Source: Octopus sinensis (taxonomy: Eukaryota). Taken from it: a stretch of DNA of 64,000 bases. This document shows, piece by piece, positions 53,613-64,000 of the stretch. The translations under genes were made by a program, and so were the position numbers. The stretch's first letter is position 1, and each line of letters starts with the position of its first letter. Under the pieces are notes generated by a model that had not been told where the DNA came from, did not search any database, and saw nothing but the letters and a program-made list of their open reading frames with translations. The stretch is from positions 51,212,001 to 51,276,000 of the forward strand of contig NC_043001.1 of assembly GCF_006345805.1 (NCBI RefSeq). The letters run 5' to 3'.

Positions 53613-53985
53613 TTATACTGCGTATGCAACTATCTTTTGTAATTGATGTATACAGGGCTGTCAAAATTATGATATATATATGTGTATACATGTGAAAGTG
53701 TATGGCTCAGTAGTTAGGGTGTTACATTCACGACTGAGAGATCGTGGGTTCTTGTATTCTTTGCGTTGTATTCTTGAGTAAAGCACTTCATTCACGTTGC
53801 TCTGCGATCATTTCATCATCTGACATGTGACACCCCGTTCCACCTGTACAGGTAATGTCGATCTGATGGAGGGAGTGAGCTTATGTGAACACAAACATTT
53901 GATCACTATATACGAATCATCTGTGTGGTTGTTCGGTAAGAACTTGTCGAACCCTCATACGTTGTCTAACGACGGGAAAGTCTAT

Positions 53986-54085
<100 letters not shown>

Positions 54086-54253
54086 GTGTGTGTGTGTGTG
54101 TGTGGTGTGTGTGTGTACACACACATATATGTATATATATATATATATATATTATAAACTAAAGTGTAAAATTTATATTACTAAAATTTTTTTTTTTAAT
54201 AAATTAAACTGATTGGAACTCCCAGTAACGTCATTATTTTCCTTTTTTTTTTC

Positions 54254-54293
<40 letters not shown>

Positions 54294-54294
54294 G

Positions 54295-54596
<302 letters not shown>

Positions 54597-55135
54597 ACTG
54601 GTACATAGAGAGATAGAGAGATAAACAGATAAAGTGGCATTCATTTGTGCAAGGCGTTAGCGCTATACACTCCGAGTTAATCACATGCTTTTCTCCCTCT
54701 GTAATATGTGGGACAATAAAGCAATAATAAAAAACAAAAGAAATTTACTTACTGCTGGCTTACTAGAAGTACGTTGTCGATGTAACACTTAATAAACTGA
54801 AATATCAAGGTCTCAGCTAATAACATCCTATTTATTTCCATGCGACCAATTATATGGCAGCAAATTGTCATTTATTTATTTTACCAAATTTTATTTATTT
54901 ATTCATTTTTAAACAGCCAATAACTGTCGCAGTGAAGGAAGAGAGCGACGGATGTGTTTGTGGTTTACAATATCGTGCTATATCTGCTTATTAAGGAATA
55001 TGCCCCGTCATTGGTTTCAGCCATTCGACTAGGACCATGAAGGAGAAAAGCCTTTCCAAATGGTTTAATCGATCATATCGATCTCACTACCTCGGTCTGA
55101 AGCTTATCTATTTATCGGAACTATATGTGACGATG

Positions 55136-55189
<54 letters not shown>

Positions 55190-55604
55190 TATATATATAC
55201 TCTTTACTCTCTCTCTTTTACTCTTTTACTTGTTTCAGTCATTTGACTGCGGCCATGCTGGAGCACCGCCTTTAATCGAGCAACTCGACCCCGGGACTTA
55301 TTCTTTCGTAAGCCCAGTACTTATTCTATCGGTCTCTTTTGCCGAACCGCTAAGTAACGGGGACAGAAACACACCAGCATCGGTTGTCAAGCAATGCTAG
55401 GGGGAAAACACAGACACACAAACATGCACACACACACCACACACACACACACACACACATATATATACATATATACGACGGGCTTCTTTCAGTTTCCGTC
55501 TACCAAATCCACTCACAAGGCTTTGCTCGGCCCGAGGCTATAGTAGAAGACACTTGCCCAAGGTGCCACGCAGTGGGACTGAACCCGGAACCATGTGGTT
55601 GGTA

Positions 55605-55676
<72 letters not shown>

Positions 55677-56013
55677 TATATATGTAAACAGTAAAAAATA
55701 AATACAGACATGGACAAGAACATGAAACACCAAAGAGACGACACAAGAACCACAGGACGGGACATTCGAAGCCCTCAGTCATCAGTCAAGAACCAGATCA
55801 TCTTCGCAATTTCGGCTGATTAATCTTGAGATTGCTCCGATCTGGGCAGCCCCCAAAGGAAAATCTAAGCCAAGCGCATTAGATCCCTTGGAAGAAAGCT
55901 TCGAATGTATACAACACGAGGACGGAAAACGAACGAAGTACACGAACAAAAATACAGAATACGTGACACCAATAAGGAAAGCACGAATAAGAATACAAAA
56001 ACGTAAAAACAAT

Positions 56014-56048
<35 letters not shown>

Positions 56049-56280
56049 TCTTTATTGCCCACAAGGGGCTAAACACAGAGGGGACAAACAAGGACAGACA
56101 AACGAATTAAGTCGATTACATCGACCCCAGTGCGTAACTGGTACTTAATTTATCGACCCCGAAAGGATGAAAGGCAAAGTCGACCTCGGCGGAATTTGAA
56201 CTCAAGACGTAACGGCAGACGAAATACCTCTAAGCATTTCGCCCTGTGTGCTAACGTTTCTGCCAGCTCACCGCCTTCTA

Positions 56281-56319
<39 letters not shown>

Positions 56320-56320
56320 A

Positions 56321-56410
<90 letters not shown>

Positions 56411-56605
56411 TGGAGTGGCTGTGTGGTAAATAGCTTGCTTACCAACCATATGGTTCTGGGTTCAGTCCCACTGCGTGGCACTTTGGGCAAGTGTCTTCTA
56501 ATATAGCCTCGGGTCGACTAAAGCCTTGTGAGTGGATTTGGTAACGGAAACTGAAAGAAGCTCATCGTATATATGTATATATATATGTGTGTGTGTGTGT
56601 GTCTG

Positions 56606-56687
<82 letters not shown>

Positions 56688-56688
<1 letters not shown>

Positions 56689-56860
56689 GGACCCTACCAT
56701 CACCAAACTGGAACGCATTCTTTTCCGTTTCTTGTGGAAAGGATGCGTTCCGATGGTCAGGCGATCCGTTTGCTGCCAACATCCGTTAAAGGGAGGGCTG
56801 GGCATGCCGTAGTTGATGATGCGCAGACACACGCTGAAAGTGCGACATCTCCGTCTCTGT
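56688..56860 (+). mobile_element. Tx1/L1-clade LINE fragment abutting (TATC)n
   Basis: DPTITKLERILFRFLWKGCVPMVRRSVCCQHPLKGGLGMP matches the F.W.G...GGLG motif found after the RT domain. Confidence 0.65.
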
Positions 56861-56999
56861 GTAAAAATATATTAAGCAATAAAAATATAAAATTATATCT
56901 ATAAATATGTAAAAAATATCTTTAAAAAATATATATATATAAATATGTAAAAATATGTATAAAAAGTATAGAGAGATAAAATGCTTGTACGTGGACACA

Positions 57000-59092
57000 A
57001 TATAAAAAACAGGTTCTATCTGTGATCTTGCGGGGGGACCAAAAACGTAACAAATATTTAGCCATGTATGGACATGACCCAAAAAGTTCAGTTCTTGAAT
57101 TTAGACATGTAGTGGGGTCTAAGCTGATTTTCCAGATGAGCCATCTTTCCATATAACAAAGACCGCACTTTCCACTGCCGTTGGTGTAAGGCTTACATTT
57201 GGCTAAGATCTTTTAAGGACCATATATAACTGGGTAATTCGGTCGTTTTCCTTTTATCCCAGTGCCTGAAGCTCAAGGTGTGATTGTTGAACCGGACCTT
57301 AAAATTCCCCTCTGTAAGGCCCACATATTTCTTTGCTAAAACTGTGTCCTTAGTGGTTGTAGAGTCTACAGTGGCTTCCTAAATTATGGTCTCGGACATG
57401 CTAACTCCATTTAGCGAGCACATTCTTATTCCTGCATGAACAGCTGGTTTCATTTCGTGGTTTTTGTGGGTTGTGTGCGATTATATTTTTTAAATTAGTA
57501 GTAGAGCTGAAACTGATTTTTAAGTTATGTCTATTGATTGACTGGGAAATGTCTATCTATCCGTACTAAGAAATACTTACCTATATTAAAGGTCACTTCA
57601 GGGGAGTAGGGGTGTGTGAACCAGATAGTTTTCCTATTCCTGTGTTTCCTTTTCTTTACTATTGGACTAGTAACAGGTGTATAGGTTATTTCCTCCCTAA
57701 ATTCACTATCTTTAAAAGTATTATTATACTGGGCAACGCTATTAAAAATGTCCCTATCGGAGGAGGGGCTAGAAGTTCTTTTGCTAATGTTTTTAACTTA
57801 ATTTTTAAACACTATGGGGGGTATGACAGGAACCCACATTAATATAACCAAGTCTATCGTTGGGCTTTCTATAAGGTTTATAAATATTCTTATTTAGATC
57901 TAAGGCTACATCTAGAATATTGACAACCGTCAGGCTGGTATCTGTAGTTATGCTAAGGCTGAAAGTTTTCATCATTTGGATAATGCGCTTCCTAAACCGA
58001 TCTTGTGCTGGTCCATTGGTATTTGTGATTAAAGCTAGAGCATCATCTTTGTAAATGGCGAAATATACGTCAGGAAAAGTCCTGCCCAACGTATCGAGTA
58101 GGAATGGTCCAATGGAATAGTATATGCATGATCCATCATATGACTCCATGCTCACATCGAAAGCACATCGAAAGCATCTGTATCGGTAGTCTTGACCCAC
58201 TCTGCGTTCTCACTGAAGAGTAAAGTCTTTCTAGCATGGAAGATTATGTCCTTATCCTGTCTACTAATTTCTATAAATTCGCTTGCGAAGGTGAGGGCTT
58301 TATCTAGCAGTTCCTTAGAGATAGAGGCATAGAAATCGACAATTTCGAATTGCGTAAATCTCGCTTTATTCTTATTCCTAATGGCTTTAAACCAGTCAAC
58401 GACTTCTATACTATTGGACCGTTGTACTAACCTAGTAGCATTCCTGACTTTCGCACTGATTTTTCCTAAAATTTCTTTACTAATAATACCAATTTCTAAT
58501 TTAGCTGGGTTAATAAGCCTACATTTAGGATTAGATAGGAAGTTCTTTTCATGATCTTTGATAGTTATAAAAGCCTCTTTTTTTGGAAGGGCCTCTATTT
58601 TTTAAAAATCTAATTTAAGTCAGGCGGCAATGATGCTAGCTTCTTTATTAATTTCGTTATAAAATTGTGGCCTAGCTTTGGTGTAATTATTGATGATGCT
58701 GTTGTGTAGGAATCGTGAATATGTGCTGTTCTCTACAAGGTATAAGTTCTTGGCTTTATCAGAAAAAGTGCCGTTTTTTGGAACTCTATGTATTTGATAT
58801 CTCTTTTCATTTTCTGTTGGAAAGTGTTAAAAGACTTACGAAATTTTATTTTGTTCATGAGCTTCAGTAGGTCCGCTTCGAAGTCTTCCAAGCCTTTGAT
58901 TTTTGGAGGGAATTTCTTTGATTTAATTCCATAGAGTATGTTCTCTGTAGTGTCCTCTTCCATGTAAAATAAAGCTTTCCATCTCATATGCTTAATAGAG
59001 CCTGTAATTTTTTCCAAAAGTTTCTTAGAGTATAGTTCCCTGGATGGTATAGGTATGTTTTTCATAGAATAATCGATATTGTAGGTGTCCAT
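57000..59092 (-). mobile_element. Near full-length degenerate Penelope-like element ORF (RT + GIY-YIG)
   Basis: YSMKNIPIPS...MRWKALF, KCRLINPAK.EIG.ISK, FTQFEIVDFYASIS, FDVSMESYDG, YKDDAL, NILDVALDL..YKPYRKPND, CSCRNKNVC and YVGLTEGNFKVRFNNH. Disrupted by frameshifts and stops. Confidence 0.9.
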
Positions 59093-59302
59093 ATTGAATT
59101 CTTCTGCGGGGCAGAGTCCTCAACCAATTTATGGCGATTTTTCAAGACAAGCTGTATTAGCTTTTACGGAAAAACAGTGGTGTATGGGAGGTAATTTATT
59201 AATAGTAATGGTAAGACAACAAAAGAATAAATGAAACTTCGATATTATGTAAATAGAGGAATTTATCGGTAATATAATATGTGACAATTATTCGGTTGCT
59301 AT

Positions 59303-59363
59303 AATAAGACTCCGAGTTTCGGATGTCGGGGCGGAAATCTGCTCCGGCATCTCGTCAGTTATC
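59303..59363 (-). ncRNA. Hammerhead ribozyme in the 5' pseudo-LTR region of the Penelope element
   Basis: Minus strand gataa CTGACGA gatgccggagcagatttccgccccgacatc C GAAA ctcggag TC ttat. Intact core with a GUC triplet, on the same strand as and ~210 nt upstream of the ORF ATG. Confidence 0.8.
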
Positions 59364-59721
59364 AAGGCGATCAAAAAATGCTATGAAAATGACCGTTAAA
59401 CAAATGGAAAATTACTAAGTAATTGACCATTATTAAGACAAAAGAGCTATTAGAATGACCGTTAAATAAGAGGAAAAAACCGAAGGGGAGAAAGTAAAAA
59501 GTAAACAAGTAAAAATGCTCATAGCAATCGCGTATGCACGCATGTACATACATACACATGCGCTCACGTACACCCACGTACATGTACCTATATGTATATG
59601 CTCACTCACACTCGCGTGAAACACATACATGCACACCCACACATACGCCAATAAATGCACATATATATGCAACCATGCATGTACACGTGTACATATACGC
59701 ATACACGCGCGCACAAATACA

Positions 59722-60041
59722 CACAGGATGTCACCACCAGTAAACAACATGAGATACGAAAACAAATGAGTGAAATACGATAACAACGAGAGAAAATGGA
59801 AAGCAGGACAATACAAAGAAGACAAAGAACGACCCTTCATCAGTTGTCTGCTGTCTATCTACTCCCCATTTCGAGCAATCAACCTCGAAATGGGGAGTAG
59901 ATAGATAACCGACAACTGATGAGGGGTCGTCCTTTGTATTCTTTGTATTACTTGTCATATTTTCCATTTTTCTCTCGTTGTTATAGTATTTAATTCATTT
60001 ATTTTCGCATTTCATGTTGTTTACCGTTGGTGATGTCCTGT
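59722..60041. repeat. Long imperfect palindrome (~150-bp arms, 8-nt loop at ~59875-59882)
   Basis: ...tatctactccccatttcgag-caatcaac-ctcgaaatggggagtagata...; the arms extend to acaggatgtcacc / ggtgatgtcctgt. Confidence 0.9.
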
Positions 60042-60072
60042 ACTCATATATGCATATCTATCTATCTATCAA

Positions 60073-60126
<54 letters not shown>

Positions 60127-60127
60127 A

Positions 60128-60211
<84 letters not shown>

Positions 60212-60296
60212 CACACACACACACACACACATATACATATATTATTTATATCATTATTTAATTGAATGCCAAGCATCCATTTCCAAGTAAGTTTAT

Positions 60297-60328
<32 letters not shown>

Positions 60329-60356
60329 AATATAAACTTTTCCATTTTTCTCTCAT

Positions 60357-60390
<34 letters not shown>

Positions 60391-63289
60391 ATATGAGAGG
60401 AAAAATTATAATAAGGCAGAATGCTAAATTGAAAGTCAATTTTAATAAAAATGGGTGTATGGAAAATTAAAAAATAAAAAATAAAAAATAAAACCAGTTT
60501 TCATCGCAAGGCAAATTTTCAAGATTTGGAAGGGGAAAAGAAATTTTTTTTAAATTGAGGAAGGGGAAAAAAGAAATTTACAATGTTTTTACAAAAAAAT
60601 AATAATACATATATACAAAAATTAATATATATATATATATATATATAGCTTCTAACCACACAGCCACGCCTGCGTCTATGAGTATATTTCTTGAAAATCC
60701 CTTATGAATTTGTTTTGCAAGATTCCTGATGTGAAATGGTGTGTTGAAACAAATATTGTTATATTTCGGGAAGGTCATTTATTTTTCCTTGCCAAATAAA
60801 CACATGCACTATACATTCGTTCTTCACTCGCTTATTAATCTTCTTATTTTATCTTATGTCCATTGTCTGGTAATCTTTTGTCACACATCTGTGACCTCTT
60901 CAGTGATTCTTCCATCCCACGTGTATCCTGTTCTGTTTAGTCCATTCTCATGGAAATTATTTTCACAAAACTGTCTTATCTATTACTATTAGAGTTTTTC
61001 AAAATAAAAGCAGAATTTCAAAGCAACAAAATGTAAAAAATTATTTCAACTACTGGTAGTATCGATAATTTTGTGGTGTCATCATGGCAGTAGCATAGCT
61101 GGGAGGGGGAGGGAGAAGTAGGGGCAGTAGCAGCAGTAGAGGTACATTTGGGTCTGCTGCAGGTAATATGTGTTTTTTGTAGGGTTCGGTGGGGGGTGGG
61201 CAAACAGAAGGTCCAACCCGGGCAGCATACTCTAGCTATGCTAGTGCATCATGGTGCACTGTCTTTTTGTGTTCCACTCTGGCAAAATCACAAAATTCTT
61301 TTAACTTTTACGTAAATTGTGTACATGTGAAAATTGTGTGCGCGTGTGTGTGTGTGTGTGAGTGTGTGTGTGTGCATGAGTGTGTGTGTGTGAGTGTGTG
61401 TGTGTGTGTGAGTGTGTGTGTGTGTGGTGTGTGTGCGTCTTTGTGTCCATGTTTACAGCCCCATAACTTAACAGTTTGGCAAAGGAGACCAATAGAGTAG
61501 CAGGCTTAAAAGGAAAATAACTACTGGGGTCTATTAGTTCAGGTAAAATTCCATAAAGCAGTTCCCAGCATGGGTGCAGTCTAATGACTGAAGCAAGATA
61601 AAAGAACGACTGGAAATCTGTCAGTTATGACAATGAGTGTTTCGGTTGATTCAATCAACAGAACTGCCTGCTCATGAAATTAACGTGGAAGTGTCTGAGC
61701 ACTCCACAGACACACAGACCGTTAACACAGATCTCCGGGAGAATCAGCATGACACAGATGATGACAACATTAGCCTTTTGTATCACAGGTATTACTCATT
61801 TTTGTTGGCTGAGTTGAATTGGGTAACATGAAATAAAGTGTCTTCTTCAATGATACAACACACCACTGGGAATTGAACTCACGACCTTATGACTGTGAGT
61901 TGAATACCCTAACCACTAAGCTACGTGCCTTCATGATAAAAGAACTACATTGCTAACAACTAGTCATACATCAACAGTTCTTTAGAGGCACTCAGTGGCG
62001 CATTGTGTGTGCATCACAGCCAATGTCAGCAAGGACTCTGTCAAAGTTCCCTTGCCTAATTATTTTTATGTTGCCAAAATTTGTGTCGCAGCTGTATTCA
62101 CAACAATTTTTTGCTTTATAAAATTTACCCCCGTGAGGCCTTAAAGCAAGCTCAGATTTAGCCATTTGTGAAATTCCAGCAAAAATTATGGCTCCACATT
62201 TTGTCTGCACAAGACAAATTTTTAGCTCAAAATGTTTTGTGATCAACTTTGATGATTGGTTGTGAGAAACTGTGCAAAATGCAAATGGTAGCATCTAATC
62301 ATAGTGGCCTAACAACATAACATAAGCTTTGTGGCTTTGCCATTGTAAATGGCTTTTAATATGCAATGTAACTCATGAAACTATGGAAAATCATCATCTT
62401 CATCATTTAATGTCCACTTTTTCATGCTTGCAGGTGTTGCATGGAATTTTGTTGAGGCAGATTTTCGACACCGGATGCCCTTCCTATTACCAACCCTTAC
62501 CCATTTCCTAGCAAAATGATATTTTCTCACAGCCAGACATGTTTTTCACAGAAGACTGGAAATGCTTATTCACAACCATCACATGCTGTCTAGATAGGGG
62601 TCTACTCACATCCCTACACACCCCACACACAATGGGCTTCTTTCAGTTTCCGTCTACCAAATCTGTTCACGAAGCATTGGTCAGCCTAGGGACTGAACCC
62701 AAGACCACTTGGTTGGGAAGCAATCTTCTTAACCAAACATTGCAGACAAATCAGGTCTGCAATCATCTCATATGCCCAGATTACACACCTCTGGTGAACC
62801 CCTTTGCTGTACTGTACAATGCCAAAGCAACCCATGCTGTGAGAAAGAAGGAAGAGGGAGTGCATAAGTTACAACCAAATGCTAAGTAAACTGCCAACAT
62901 TCAGCACAAGGTGATGACAACCAGGGTAACTGACCTATACAGATGAAAAAGCAAATATATATACATATATATATATATAACTATATAGTTGCAAGTTATA
63001 TTACTATAGTAATATAGGGAAGCTTTTTTATTTTTAGAAAGGTATAACCTTTCTTCAGTTTTTTGTAACTGTGTTTGCCCTTTTTAATATTGTTGAAACG
63101 TATTGAAACATGAATCAATGTAAAATGTACTTAATTTTTCTAATGATATAATGTCAAAATAGAGTTTAGAAATTAGTAAAAAAAAACCCCAAAAACCCAC
63201 AAAAAAAACAAATTGCATACATTTAGAATTAGTAAAGGTCGGAACACCAACACAGCACTGCTTCTCTTTCTCTGTCCTTAATCTGTCCA

Positions 63290-63322
<33 letters not shown>

Positions 63323-63327
63323 GTCTC

Positions 63328-63390
<63 letters not shown>

Positions 63391-63573
63391 TTTATTCTCT
63401 CTCTCTTTTACTAAGCAGTAAATGAGTTTTGTGAGTTGGTTTGTTATCAAAACAGGATTGAAATTTTTCAAAAATAAAAAAGCTAAATTTCTGAAGTGTC
63501 AGGAAAGAATTTAAAACCACCTATGACAATCCCATCACATGAGTATGTATGGTAACAACCATTTGAGTGTTTG

Positions 63574-63626
<53 letters not shown>

Positions 63627-64000
63627 TATCTGTAACTATGAGAAGACTACGGATTGCATCAAACAAATAAAATGTAAGAAAATTAAATCTGAACAAATTT
63701 GGGTCATGCCATCGGGAGAGTAACATGCAGAATAAACAAACAAAGCAACATTCAGCTGAACTGATTAAACCTGTGGAAATTCCACTAATTTTACTAATAG
63801 ATAGATAGATACATACACCTCAAAACCAGAAAGGAGAAAGCTAATTTGAATACTACAGATCCAATCCATCACTGGGACTGTAAAAATCTGTGAAGCTTTC
63901 CAGAAGTTTATAATTTAAATATATATGAGCATGTCTGTATATGTAGCTTTATGCATGAGAATACATACATACATACATACATACATACATACATACATAC

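Noticed and set aside
61992-62294. 100-aa ORF containing NFDRVLAD, resembling an NSUN-type methyltransferase motif
   Set aside because: The following PCSG catalytic motif and other family motifs are absent and I found no supporting splice structure; likely chance.

Overview
AT-rich, microsatellite-saturated eukaryotic DNA. The tRNA-derived SINEs and (TA)n/(TATC)n/(TATG)n tracts look like an octopus (coleoid cephalopod) genome; this is inferred, not checked. The only host gene I can support is the 5' part of a minus-strand immunoglobulin-superfamily gene. It has a signal-peptide exon (25556-25613) and four 279-321 nt phase-1/phase-1 Ig exons (19723-20043, 18335-18655, 11596-11874, 1450-1770), and it continues off the left edge. 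Its N-terminal Ig exon is present twice in a ~1.39 kb tandem duplication. By hand count the two exon copies differ about ten times more than the duplicated intron sequence, which suggests a diversifying recognition receptor. The rest of the window is transposon debris: Tc1, Tigger, hAT and piggyBac-type MITEs, Helitron/Helentron, RTE, L2-group and Tx1-like LINEs, Gypsy, Penelope and several SINE families. Also notable are several minimal hammerhead ribozyme motifs (one inside a TIR-bounded MITE-like element), a small inversion with duplicated breakpoints nested in an older inverted repeat, and short templated insertions flanked by target duplications. Most ORFs in the supplied track are microsatellite or SINE read-through. 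All counts are by hand and repeat boundaries are approximate.
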